DNA of 64,000 bases. Origin: Callorhinchus milii. Taxonomy: Eukaryota. The translations under genes and the position numbers were made by a program. The stretch spans positions 61,630,001 to 61,694,000 of the forward strand of contig NW_024704742.1 in assembly GCF_018977255.1 (NCBI RefSeq). The letters are read 5' to 3'. Position 1 is the stretch's first letter. Every line of letters begins with the position of its first letter. Below, one piece after another: positions 52,031 through 64,000 of this stretch. The notes beneath the pieces are model-generated. The model had not been told where the DNA came from. It did not search any database and was given only the letters and a program-made list of their open reading frames with translations.

Positions 52031-52183
52031 CTGTGTGATCGCACGTAGTGTGAGAGTGTAAACAACACAATGCACAGAGCGAGAGAGAAAGAGAGAGAGA
52101 GAGAGAAACCCACACACAGCTGTGCAAAGTTTACACTGTAACCGCCCTCTGCACTGTGCAGACAGCGAGCGGTGTGGGCTGAT

Positions 52184-52640
52184 CAGGGCAGCAGCGGGGC
52201 AGGGGCAGGCAGGGCAAGGGCAGGCAGCGGGGCAAGGGCAGGCAGGGCAAGGGCAGGCAGGGCAAGGGCAGGCAGGGCAAGGGCAGGCAGGGCAGGGGCA
52301 GGCAGCAGGGCAGCAGCAGGGCAGGCAGGGCAGCAGCAGGGCAGGCAGGGCAGCAGGGCAGGCAGCAGGGCAGCAGGGCAAGGGCAGGCAGGGCAGGGGC
52401 AGGCAGGGCAGGGGCAGGCAGGGCAGGGGCAGGCAGGGCAGGGGCAGGCAGGGCAAGGGCAGGCGGGGCAAGGGCAGGCAGGGCAGGGGCAGGCAGCGGG
52501 GCAGGCAGGGCAAGGGCAGGCAGGGCAAGGGCAGGCAGCAGGGCAGGCAGGGCAGCAGGGCAGCAGCAGGGCAGGCAGGGCAGCAGCAGGGCAGGCAGGG
52601 CAGCAGCAGGGCAGGCAGGGCAGCAGCAGGGCAGGCAGCG
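52184..52640 (+). repeat. (GGGCA/GGCA/GCA)n variant tandem repeat
   Basis: About 455 bp of interspersed GGGCA, GGCA, GCA and AGGGCA units, essentially T-free, ending about 45 nt before the hpgd ATG. Confidence 0.95.
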
Positions 52641-52684
52641 TCTGAGCGCGGGGCTGAGATCGGATCAGTCGCATACGGTGTGAG

Positions 52685-52777
52685 ATGGACCTGAAGGGGA
52701 AGGTGTGCCTGATCACAGGGGCAGCCCAGGGCATCGGCAAGTCGTTTGCAGAGACTCTTCTCGGCCTCGGCGCAAAG
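52685..52777 (+). CDS. hpgd: 15-hydroxyprostaglandin dehydrogenase (NAD+) exon 1, 93 nt coding
   Basis: gagATGG start, with an in-frame TGA upstream at 52643. Translates [31 protein letters not shown], containing the SDR TGxxxGIG motif. Donor AAG|gtaagg. Confidence 0.95.
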
Positions 52778-52972
52778 GTAAGGGACCGACTGCAGCCGCA
52801 GAGCCCCGGAGCTGCTCCACACTAACGGGTCCTCGGCTAAAGCTGCGGTTACAACTGTGGCAGCGATACAGCGGCTGCCAAGTGCATGACATACCCGGTG
52901 TGGTTTAACCCCTGTCCCCCCCCCCCACCCCCCCACCCCACCCCCTGTCTCACTCTCTGGTTGGATTACCAG

Positions 52973-53096
52973 GTGGTACTGTTGGATGTAAACGAATCCG
53001 AAGGCGAAGCGTGCAAGGAATCCCTGGATAAAACGTTTGATGCAAACTCCAGTTTATTCATCAAATGCGACGTGGGATCAGAAGAACAGTTGTCAT
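52973..53096 (+). CDS. hpgd: hpgd exon 2, 124 nt
   Basis: ttaccag| ... T|gtaggt. Translates VVLLDVNESEGEACKESLDKTFDANSSLFIKCDVGSEEQLS. Asp at the end of beta-2 indicates NAD+ preference. Confidence 0.94.
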
Positions 53097-53454
53097 GTAG
53101 GTTATTAACTTTCCCTGAGCTGCAGGGGGTGGGGGGGGGGGGTGGGGTGGGGGGTGGGGGTGGGGAGACTCAAAACTAACACTATCTAATTGTTTTAAAT
53201 GCCTAACTTTAAGCAGACTCCTCCTGCCTGACTGGGGTTTCTGCAAACTTTGACCCACAATTGGACTGTATGAAACTTTGTAATAGAAATGCTGCCAGTG
53301 ATTGCCATGGGATTTTTTCCGACTGGTGTTTTATCATTGCATCAATAAATAAAGGGCTGTTAAAGATCTCTTGACCAAAACTTCGCACTTGAGCAACTGA
53401 GTGTGTAGCCGTGCAGTTGTGGGGGCGTTCACAGCGATAAACTCGAAGGATCAT

Positions 53455-53645
53455 GACAATAATTATCCTTGTATTTGATATGGTGCTCAAAGCGCTTCAC
53501 AGAATATGCTGTAAGGTGAATTGACTGTATATTTGCGGGCGAAACGCGGCAGCCAATTGCCCACGGCAGTGTCCCACAAACAGTCGCGGATTGACGTGAC
53601 CAATTTATTATTGTTTTGTTGTAGGGATTATTATGTTTAAAAAAT
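53455..53645 (-). mobile_element. SINE 3' half in hpgd intron 2
   Basis: Reverse complement of the SINE body and tail. Confidence 0.8.
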
Positions 53646-53721
53646 TCTTTCAGAGCATCAAGTGTGAGCCAAGAACCCAATGCTTGTCAGTAAATTGCAC
53701 ATTTTTGCCCTCCTATGCCAG

Positions 53722-53828
53722 GTGCTTTCAAAAGGACAATTAATCACTTTGGAAGGCTGGACATCATGTGTAACAATGCAGGAATAAACAATGAAAAGAA
53801 CTGGGAAATGACAATGAACATTAATTTG
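53722..53828 (+). CDS. hpgd: hpgd exon 3, 107 nt
   Basis: tatgccag| ... TTG|gtaagc. Translates (C)[35 protein letters not shown], with the SDR NNAG motif and the HPGD-typical NNEKNWE. Confidence 0.96.
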
Positions 53829-54204
53829 GTAAGCAGGAATAAAAGGCAACTCAATTTACAGGGCTATGGGGAGAGCGCGGGGGAGTGGGATTGATTATCT
53901 TCAGGATTGCTAACTTCTCACTTTTTTTTCCTATCTTACAAACTTTTTGTGCCCTCTTTTGTTTTAGGTAATTTAATGGGTTCAGATCGGATCTGAAGAT
54001 CTTCCTCTCAGACCGTGACATACGGTCACCTCCCTGCCTCCCTGGCTTGACATCAGGCTCCGCCACTATTAAGCGCTCTGCCCACATGAGGGGCGCTATA
54101 TAAATGCAACTTGTTGTGTTTTTTTCCCCCTTGAGGAGTTATTAGAAAATTGGAATTGCCCTTGTTTATTTACAATCACAAGGAAGTTTAACGTCAACTA
54201 GAAA

Positions 54205-54627
54205 TAATTCAATATAGGGGAGCTGGGTCAAAACAGCGAGAGATATTAAGTGGTGTACTTCAAAGGTCTGTTCTGGGACCCCGCCTATTCCTTGTATACA
54301 TTAATGACCTGGATTTACAGATGCAGTGTAAAATAGTTTCATTTGCAGATGACGCCAAGTTACAACAACAACTTGCATTTATATAGCTCCCTTCATGCGG
54401 GGCAGTGGTCTTGAGTGGTTAAAGTTAGGGGACAACTGTGGAATCACAGCAAAAGTCCTACTAAAAACGCTAATAATGTATGTACATGGGCTGATAACTG
54501 GCAAATGAAGTTTAATACAGATGAATCTAAGGTGCTGTTTATAGGATGCATGGGATAGAACCTATCAAGAGGGAAACTGAATGAGATCTAGGGCTGATAG
54601 TTGACTCAACTCTTGCTATATCAACAC
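54205..54627 (+). mobile_element. CR1 RT fragment (resumes at about 55220-55270)
   Basis: SGVLQRSVLGPRLFLVYINDLD...FADDAK; WADNWQMKFN; later RGDLIEV. Confidence 0.75.
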
Positions 54628-55218
54628 AGGAGGTAAGTGGGGTCTCCTTGGAGCTGAACTGGCTCCAAGGTGACATGCCTGGCAATGGAATGCCGGAATT
54701 GAGACAGTCCTCTGTGGTGGTCTCGGTAGTCCAGTTCCTGAGCCAGTATGGCCCGCAGTATTTCAGGGCACTGCTGATGACATTACAGCCAGCCTGGCTC
54801 ATCGGCAGGACCTTGAAAGAGCAGATCAGTCACTGGGGCCAGGAAGTCATCCCACTCAGCTCCTGTTAACCCTGCAAACCAAAGCCCTAATGGACTAGTT
54901 GGACAAGCATCCGTAAAGCTTGCCAGACAACAATATCATTGGCAAGCTATCGGTTTTAGCTGGTTAGACTCCAGCAGTACCTGAACACACACTCTGGGGT
55001 CGCCAAGCCTTAGCTCTTGCCAACCTGTGCCTATTACTTTCTGGAATTAGGTGAGCATGATGCATTGCTCCAAAGACAAGGTGCGTATTCCATTCCAACA
55101 ATCTATCTCTGGGATTTCCATGTGTAGGTGGAATGCATGGAAATCTCAGTTTGTTTTGGATACTCTTAAGCATGGTGATGGGTTTCCTCATGTGTCAGAC
55201 ACCGGACTGACCAAATAA
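54628..55218 (+). mobile_element. Unclassified ~600-bp repeat, most complete copy
   Basis: Homologous pieces occur at four other loci in the window; it interrupts a CR1. Confidence 0.75.
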
Positions 55219-56291
55219 ACATTCTTGAGAAGAGATGACTCAGAGGGGACCTCATAGAGGTGTCAAAATTTCTCCAGGTTCCAAAAATGCAAAGAGAATA
55301 TTATGTAGACCTTATTGACTGATGGTAGCTTTAACAAGGTGAGGATTACAAAGGCATTTATTCCCATCCCCGAGAATAGTGATTTAACGCTTCATCACCA
55401 AATTAATTTTGAAAGTTAAATTGAAAGTTACAATGACATCTCCAGATCCTCCTTAACTGAAACAATACAGTAGGAGGTTAGATTAGAAAAAGCCACCAGG
55501 CAAAACCTTCATTCAGTGGAGATGATATTTTAATAATAATCCTATATTTGATAAAGCACCTTATCGCATCGTGGAAATGTCTCAAAGTGCATCACAGGAT
55601 TGACTGTAAATTGTAATGACTTTGTCGGCCAACTTGGCAGCCAATTTACACACAACAATATCCTACAAATAATTATGAAGTGAATATTAATTGTGTCTGC
55701 CTGGTTAATGATGCATTTCTTAATTATTCTGACAATAGATAAGGAGCGGAATACATTTAAAAATACCATAATTTGTTGTCCTCAAAGTGTCATTGAATTG
55801 ACCCGAGACAATGATTTACCTGTTACAAACCAGTATTGGCATTGGTGTCCAATAAACATTGCTGGAGACATGATCAAATAACCAATCAGATATAAAGATA
55901 GAGATTTCAGTCAAGAACAATGAGATGCAGATCTGACTGACTCCCAGCTGCTTGTTACTTTCCCAGGAAATATAACAACTGATTAATACTTATTTCTTGA
56001 TAACCTGGTTGCTCCCATTGTCGCCTCTTGCGGCAGTGGGTCTTTGCTCTTTGGTATATTCATTGACTATGAAACTATAATACAGGAAACAATTGTTTAA
56101 CATCCAAATTGTGCACACATTACTTCATTATTAAATAAAGGTAAAGTTTCCTTACATCACCAGTTAAATCCTGCACATGAATTGATAATGGATGTTTGGG
56201 GGAATCTATTCTTAATGCCTTAATTGAAGCTTGCACTAAACTAGCAGATATTTGAATATTATGTATTTTTGAAACATTTTTCTGAATGCAG

Positions 56292-56388
56292 ATATCTGTG
56301 ATAAGAGGAACGTACTTAGCATTGGATTACATGAACAAAGCAAAAGGTGGGAACGGAGGTGTTATTGTGAATACTGCATCTTTAGCAG
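56292..56388 (+). CDS. hpgd: hpgd exon 4, 97 nt; remaining exons (YxxxK) not found and probably lie beyond the window
   Basis: aatgcag| ... G|gtaaga. Translates [32 protein letters not shown](G), including the catalytic Ser region. Confidence 0.95.
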
Positions 56389-57444
56389 GTAAGATTTTTT
56401 TTCTCCAAAAAAGATATCCTACTCTCAGGAAATAAATGCAGGTAGTGTAGTTCTGTAGAAATATCTGTAGATAAAAAATAACAAATAAACGTTGTATTTT
56501 GGATTTGATATAATAAGATTTCTTCGGTAAGGGCACTCTGAGTAAAAAAGAGTTGCTATGGTTTCAATGACTTGCTTCCTCACAGTTTTGTGGCTGCTGA
56601 TCTTAACCAGAGCAGCAGGAGAGGTGCTGCAATTGATCTAAAAAGACCCTAAATTTAAATTGGGGAAATACCTGTCAGAATCCTACTTCAGTGACTCCTG
56701 TTGTAAAGTGTGCAAGTGTAGACATCAGTCTAGGACCTGAAATCCCACTTAGTCTTAATCCAGATCTTAATATTCAAGGAATTGTTGAAAATTCAAAAAT
56801 TTAGACATAATTTAAAAGCAGTTTTTTTTAGCCAGTTTCCGAATTAAAAGCAAGTTTCAGGGTTTTTGGCAATTCTGTATGATCTTATATTCCAAGATAA
56901 AACTGGACCTAAGACTAGGTGGAATAGGCCTGAAATATTTTTTGGAGGGACTGAGTCAGTCCCGTTTAAGACAAGTGCAGCCTAGTGCAACATCAAAGAT
57001 GAGCCCTTTCCTCTTCCTTACCATGCAGACTCAAAGCTGTCCATCATTGAACAGCCTTCGAGGTCCATTGCGGTGGGGAAGGCAGGGGGTTCAGCCTATC
57101 TACAGCTCACCTCCCCTTAAAGAGATGAGTTGTGGATAGATTTGGGAGGGGGTTGAGCCCCCGACAGCTCCAGCCAAGGGCCCTAGCCACAATGGTTGAA
57201 CTCTAACCAGAATAGGGCTTGGCTGCAATACCACTAGTGGCTGAATAGTTTGTTAATGTTCACAGAGAAATTTCATTATAAACAAGGAGTAAAACAAATG
57301 CTATTTTTACCAATTGACTTGTAGTAAACCTTCATTGTCGAGGCCTGTATATGTGAAGAGTTGACACTTGGATGAGCACTAAAGAATGGCTGGTCCTGTA
57401 GAGCTAATTAACTTGATAATCTTCACATCAGATAATAATCCTAT

Positions 57445-57814
57445 AAAAATCCTTGCATTTGCTATACTGCCTCATCATGTCTTCAAGACATCTCAAAGCT
57501 CTTCACAGAATATACTGTAAAGTGAATTAATTAACTATATTTTGTGGGCGAAACGTGGCAGCCAATTGCGCACAGCAGTGTCCCACAAACAGTCGTGCAT
57601 TGAGTGACCACTTTCTTTTATTTAAATACATTTTTGAAGGGTTGATTACCCCCCAGAAGAGTGATCTGCGTATCGACTAACAACCGAGTTCCGATTTACT
57701 GCCAGGTAAACAGTGGCATATGGAATAAAGAAACTTGCCCAACGAATTGAACCTCAGGCTCAGGTCCTCTCACTTGCGAGGCGAGTGCTCTAACCACTAA
57801 GCTCTAGGACTCCA
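57445..57814 (-). mobile_element. tRNA-Ala-headed SINE, full length
   Basis: Same family as 45189-45551. Confidence 0.88.
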
Positions 57815-59459
57815 AATACATTCAGATACAGTGCCTTAGTACAGAGAAATGTCTCAAAGAGCTTCACAAAGCATTTTTTTCTGTAAAGTGTAGTTACTGT
57901 GTAAGTGTCGGTGAACTGCACCCCATCAGGAGTCAGGTACATCACAGGGGGTATAATGGGGAGAAAATTGTCAATGAGAAACCCTTTAATGTACATTTTC
58001 TGTTGTTAACTGGTGTCCATTCAGATGTGGTTATATGTAAAACAGTTGCAGAATATTTAAAACTTGATCTTTATTATGCAAAAGGTGAACTTTGATATTG
58101 TCGTGTGCCTGCTGATTTTTTTGGACTCTCCTAAGAAGTATGAAATAATCTCACTAGAAGATTCACAACCCTTCCAGCCAAATGACTGGAGTATTATATT
58201 TACCAGAGAAGTGTTTTTTGAATTATTTGAGTGAGGATCACTGGTTTCAATTACAGGCCTTGAAATGCGCTAAGGCTATCCTGGAAGTTCTTGAAGCTTT
58301 TTGAGGAAAGGAAGCTTTGAATGAATGCAGCAGTTACAAGCAGGCACTGTAAGAACTGTATTTGCATGTTTGATTTACTTTTCAATGATTTCATAAGTTT
58401 CATAAGTTTCATTGTCAGTATTTTATGGGGATTTGATCCCACGTATTGATTTGTTTGAGAATGTTGATTATAAAAATTGTACTGCATTTGCTTGGTAAAT
58501 GGGATCTAACTTGTAGTATTTGGGTTACTGTCAATTTGTGGGAAACTCCAATCTGGAAATAGATCCCATCAGAGCAGAATCCCCTGCAGGTTAGCAAAGA
58601 AGAACTTCTGGTTCTCAGAAGAGGTCACCATTTCCACAACTTAGATTCCTTAAGAAATCATATTGAGAAAAGTTAGATATTGAAATTCAGTATTCATAAA
58701 ATAAGGCAGAGTCTTTTCATTCCATGGGTGGATTTCAACATGAGGTTGATATGGATAACTCTTTTCAAAAAGCTGGCACAGACACGATGGGCCGAATAGC
58801 CTCTTCCTGTGTTGTATAATTCTATCATTCTATGAGTTTTATCATTCTCTCCAGACGTTTGACTATTCCATTTCATATGGAACCTTGTGTTTTTAAAAAT
58901 GTTTCTTCTCAGTGAGCTGAGTTTCCTTCTTTAAAACATTTCCTACCATTAATCATTCACAAATGGGTTTTATTCAGATAACAATATCCAACATAGCAAT
59001 GAACCAGATGAAATGTATACACCAGTGAGGAAATGCTTGTTAGCAGATGTTCATGTTCATGCCAGATCCAAAGTAAACATATCCTTTAAAGCAGTCCGTG
59101 TGCTCCCAAACCAGGCTCCGTGAGCCCATCGTTCCCATCCTCGCTCAGCTCCACTGGCCCCCATCCCCCAGCGGATCGAGTTCAACTATTCTGCTGCTGT
59201 AGTCTGGAACTCCATCCTGGAGTACCTCCACCTCATCTCCCACCAAGCCTTCAAAACCAAACTCAGGTCCTTCCAGCTCAACTGTATGAAATGCTTTGAA
59301 AGTCGCTATATAAATGTAAAGTGTAATTTTAAACACAGTCACTAGACTATACAGTATATCCTCTGAAGCGCTCCTTCCAATGTGAAAGCCGCTATATCAA
59401 ATATAAGGATTATTCTTATTATCAAAGGAACTGATGATAATCAACACCAAGAAATCGAC

Positions 59460-59866
59460 AATTGAGCCAATCAGGAGAGCCTCGGTCTTGTTCACATTCA
59501 ACTGGAGGTAATTTGCCCTCATCCGGGACTTGATGTCCGACAGACAGTCTGTCAGGACAGCAGTGGTCCTGGAGTTGAGGATGGAGGCAGAAAAATAGAG
59601 TTGGGTGTTATCCGCATACATATGGAAGTTGACACCATGTCTGTGGATGATGTCACCAAGTGGGAGCATGTACTTGTTGAAGGGGAGGGGACTAAGGACA
59701 AAGCCTTGAGGAAAGCCGCACAAGATGGTGTGGGGGCTGGAGGAGAAGCCATTTGTGGAGACAAAGTGAAGACAGTGTGAAAGGATCTGAACCAGTTATG
59801 GGCAGAACCATGAAGGTTGAGGTGAGAGGAGAGACGGTGGAGGAGGATAGAGTGGTCAACAGTGTA
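59460..59866 (-). mobile_element. L2 RT fragment
   Basis: [11 protein letters not shown]...[10 protein letters not shown]...LQLNVNKTE. Confidence 0.85.
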
Positions 59867-60294
59867 CCAATCATTAGATCACTGCCAAAGTCACTTCCTG
59901 CTTTACAGATAATAATACTTGCATTTGATATTGATATTTGATAGTGTTTTTCGTGTCAGGACATCTAAAAGAGCTTCACAGAATTTATTGTAAAGTGTGG
60001 TGACTGTATTTACTAGGCAGATAAGTGTCACATTCGTCCAATTCCAGGAAATTCATCAATGCTGAGCTGTCACCCACACAATTATGGTGCATCCTTAGCT
60101 GTACAGTTAAAGTACAATGCAATAGTTTAGTGGAAATCCCAGTGGAAGATTAGTAACTGGCACAGTGCCAGCATGGGTTTTCTTCAGATTAACATCAATT
60201 ATAGGAATTCAAAGGCAGCAGGCATGAAAAATATTTAAAGGAAACAAAAAAACTGAAGATCTGACCAAATTTAATTGTGACGGGCTACATTAAT

Positions 60295-60607
60295 AGTAAT
60301 AATAATCTTTGCATTTTATATAGCGCTTTTCAAGTCTTCTCGACATCTCAAAGCGCTTCACAGAATAGACTGTAAAGTGAATTGACTGTATATTTGTGGG
60401 CAAAATGCGACAGCCAATTGCGCACAGCAGTGTCCCACAAACAGTTGTGGATTCAAAATGACCAATTTTTTATTGTTTTATTTTGGAGGAATTATTATTA
60501 GGCGTGTGGAGTAAGAAAACTTGCCCAAGGTTTCGCCCTGCCTGGAATTGAACCCAGGTGTCTCGCTTGCAAGCCAAGTTCTCTAACCACTGAACTACAG
60601 GACTCCA
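60295..60607 (-). mobile_element. tRNA-Ala-headed SINE
   Basis: Head, body with an internal deletion, and ATT tail. Confidence 0.85.
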
Positions 60608-61939
60608 ACATTGTGGGAACATTGTGGGAATTTCCTAATTTCCTGTACCTTGGAGGAAGCTGAGTGTTCAGCACACTTAGCAACCACAGCACATGTCAAA
60701 AAGCAGCTGAAAACCATTGAAAGGCCTCTCATATCATTGGGAAATATATGTTTGTGGTTATTTGAGCCTCTTGAGATACTTTCAGTTATTTAAACAAAAG
60801 AAGTTTGTTTACTCCAAATACGTTTGTGTATGTTTTCTCGAAGGCTTAATTGTTTAATAATAATAATTGCAATTGATATATTTTTATAGTTTCATATACT
60901 TTTAGGCTTCATGAACCTATCACCCCATTTGGTTGAGTTCAAGATAGCCATTCTCACTCCACAGTCTCGCCCACCCTACCTCTGCCACCTCCTTCAACTC
61001 TTGCAACCTAGCCGTTCAACTTCATTCACTGATCAACGGCCTGCTTAATGCCCCTTACCTATCTGCCCCACTATCGATGAGAAGACTTTCAACCATTCTG
61101 ATCCCACTCTCTGAAATTTCATCCCCGCAGTTTCTCGCTCTCCATCCTCTCTTTCAAAGCATGTCTAAAAATGTATCTTTTTGACCATGCTTTCAGTCAT
61201 CTTTCCCCTCCCCACGCTCCTCGGCTTCCACTCTTGGGTGCCCATCTAACAGTGTGAATGCATTTTGGGACATCCTCTCAATGTTAAAGGCATTATACAA
61301 TATAAAATGTATTGTATTGATATGGCTGTTCACATCAGGAAGATGTCTCAAAGTGCTTTAAAGGATTTATTGTAAAGTATAAGTATTCTGCAGGCAAACG
61401 CTTACAAATAATAAAGGATTTTTTCACATCCTCAAAGAACAAGAGTGGCTTAGCCCAATTTTTGTTTAATTCATTTTAACCTCAAAAGACGATGCTGGTA
61501 GGAGTATGAACTGTAGGAAATTGGCTTTTATATTGTGCACATGCTGACATTTACCAAGACTTCCATTGTATAGTAACGCACCCTTGGTGTATTTAACAGC
61601 AATGTGCGAGAAATCTTTCATTGGTGTTTGGTAAATGTATGGAGACTCCTGCCATAACCGAATGTGTGTCACACGGAACCCACTTGTAAATAAGGATCAC
61701 ACTCTCAGAAGTAGGTTGAGTCAGTTAGGTTCCCACTGGTTTGTATGACACACTTCCTGTTCCCCAATGTTTGCCACTTCCTCTTCTGAACATTGCGGTT
61801 GAGATCTTAATGTTGAACCCTAATACTAACAGGTTTTGTGAAACTGCTTCTAAGAAATGCAACCACATTTAGACAACTTATATACAATCCAAATAAAGAA
61901 ACACAAATTAGATCCAACTTCCTAAATTCACAAGCACTG

Positions 61940-62555
61940 ACAGCTCACCATCCAAGGATGCACACTCCGCCTTACTGAACCAGTCTGGAACCTTGGCATC
62001 GTGTTTGACCCTCATCTATCCTTTCTACCCCACCCACATCCATGCCATGACCTGCTCTGCCTTCCCCCACCTGCGCAACATCACGCGGCTCCACCACTGC
62101 CTCACCTCTCAGGCCAACAAAACCCTCATCCATGCATTCATCACATCTTAGGTTCGACTAGGCAAACTCTCTGCTTGTCGGCCTTCCCAACTCTTCCCTC
62201 CACAAGCTGCAGATCATCCAAAACTCTGCAGCTTGAGTCCTCTTCCACACAAGGCTCCATGACCCCATCACCCCCACCCTCGCCGGGCTCCACTGGCTCC
62301 CCACCACCCAGAGGATAGAGTTCAAAATCCTCGTCCTCGCCTTCACGGAGCTGCATGGCCTTGTCCCTTCCTAATCTTTTAAGGTGGGTCTCAAAACCCT
62401 CCTGATCAACCGAGCCTTCAGCAACCCTCCTACCCTCTCTACCCTCCACCCTCTTCGATCCGAACCCCAGCTTGGGTCCTGATCCTTGATCTGTCCAGCT
62501 CCTTAGGACATCCTCCCAACATGAAAGGCGCTATGCAAATGTAATTTTGTATTGT
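61940..62555 (+). mobile_element. L2 3' fragment
   Basis: NLGIVFDPHLSF...LQIIQNSAA...LHWLP, with the stem-loop tail. Confidence 0.85.
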
Positions 62556-62944
62556 ATATCCATGTAAACTGGACTCTGTCAATATTTTTTGAGTGAGGCA
62601 ATAAATGAGAGTTCCTTTCTGCTAAAAAATGCAGTTCATAAGATTTGTTTGTACTGTGTGGTCAGGTTAATTATTGTTTGGAAATGGCCTTGTTTTTTGG
62701 CTAAGGTACAACAATTATGATGAGCTATTGGAAACCCGAAGAACAGGGACAATTTATGTCTGACGTAATTGATACAATAGTGATTAAGTAAGCCTTTCAA
62801 CACAGGCTTCAGTTCTTGAGCAAAATAACCCTTGGTAAAGGTTTCAGCAGAATTGGGAAGTACAGGATAAATGAAAGCAATTAAAATGTGCAACAATAAT
62901 TATAATCTTTACATATCATCCAAAATGTCCAAAATATTTATAGT

Positions 62945-63190
62945 AGTAGGCCATTCGGCACCTCAAGCCTGTTCCACCATTCTATTAGATCATGGCTGAT
63001 CTATACCTCAACACAAATTACCCATCTTTGTCCCATATCTTTTGATAACCTTAACTAACAAAAATCTATCCACCTAAGTCTTGAAAATTTAAATGGATCC
63101 AGCATCTACAGTCTTTTGAGGGAGAGAGTTCCAGATTTCCCTTTGCGTGACTACCCTTTGTGTGAAAAATGCTTCCTGATTTCACTCATA
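62945..63190 (-). mobile_element. CR1 3' end fragment (second copy, older)
   Basis: Homologous to 63220-63450. Confidence 0.75.
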
Positions 63191-63191
63191 A

Positions 63192-64000
63192 AAACATAAG
63201 AACATAAGAATTAGGAGCAAGAGTAGGCCATTCAGCCCCTCTAGCCTGCCCCGCCATTCAATAAGATCATGGCTGATCTATTCTAACTCCACCTACCTGC
63301 CTTATCCCCATATCCCTTAATCCCTTTATCCACAAGAAATCTATCAATCTCAGTCTTGAATATGTTCAAGGACTGAGCATCTACAGCCCTTTGGGGTAGA
63401 GAATTCCATAAATTCACTACCCTCGGAGTCAAGAAGTTTTTCCTCAACTCAGTGCAAAAGGGCTTACCCCTAATTTTAAGACTGTGACCCCTGGTTATAG
63501 TTTCTCCAACCAGGGGAAAAAGTCTCCCACTATCTATTCTGTTGTGCCCCTTAATAATCTTGTAGGTTTCTATAAGATCACCTCTCATTCTTCTATATTC
63601 TAGAGAATTTAGGCCTAAATTGCTCAAACCTATCCTCATAACTCATCCCCCTCATCCCTAGTACCAACCTAGTGAATCTATGTTGTACCCCCTCCAAGGA
63701 GAGTACATCCTTTCTTAAATAAGGAGACCAAAAGTGCACACAATACTCTAGGTGCGGTCTCACCAGGGCCCTGTACAGTTGCAGCAAGACTTCCCTACTC
63801 TTATATTCTAACCCTTTTGTAACAGATGCCAACATACCGTTAGCCTTCCTAATTGCTTGCTGTACCTGCAAACTAACTTTTTGTGACTGTTGTACAAGGA
63901 CACCCAAGTCCCTCTGAACGCTAACACTATCTAGTCTCTCCCCTTCTACAAAATAATCTGCTCTACTGTTTTTGCCACTTAGGTGGATGACCTCACACTT
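63192..64000 (-). mobile_element. CR1 LINE 3' portion, running off the window
   Basis: LYRALVRPHLEYCVHFWSP; LEYRRMRGDLIETYKI...RVVNLWNSLP; (CTTATGTT)n octamer tail at 63192-63209. Confidence 0.93.

Noticed and set aside
51626..52936. Long ORFs (394, 190, 185, 157 aa) with C/P/A- or G/Q/R-rich repeats
   Set aside because: They are translations of the simple repeats, which lack stop codons. The ORF in frame with hpgd stops at 52645, so it is not an N-terminal extension.
60906..60990. tttag|GCTTCATG as a possible hpgd exon 5
   Set aside because: No YxxxK motif; the sequence is a decayed L2 3' region (EFKI...PPYL).

Overview
Vertebrate genomic DNA. The repeat content (tRNA-Ala-headed SINE, DeuSINEs, L2 and CR1 LINEs, Penelope-like ends) suggests a cartilaginous fish, possibly a chimaera; this is an inference. 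Two + strand, intron-containing genes are partly present. (1) The last four constitutive coding exons of glycine receptor alpha-3 (glra3; 4711-4848, 7052-7266, 7999-8142, 18288-18557), with a probable ~6 kb 3'UTR ending near 24520. (2) The first four coding exons of 15-hydroxyprostaglandin dehydrogenase (hpgd; 52685-52777, 52973-53096, 53722-53828, 56292-56388). This is the same tandem order as human GLRA3-HPGD. The rest is mostly decayed transposable elements. Notable observations: a candidate 120-nt in-frame cassette exon (8699-8818) encoding an EPIYG tyrosine motif in the GlyR TM3-TM4 loop, a minimal hammerhead-ribozyme motif inside a Penelope-like inverted repeat, an unclassified ~600-bp repeat family, a four-level nested insertion, and Z-DNA and (GGGCA/GGCA)n G-quadruplex-type tracts directly upstream of hpgd. 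All repeat boundaries were read by eye and are approximate.
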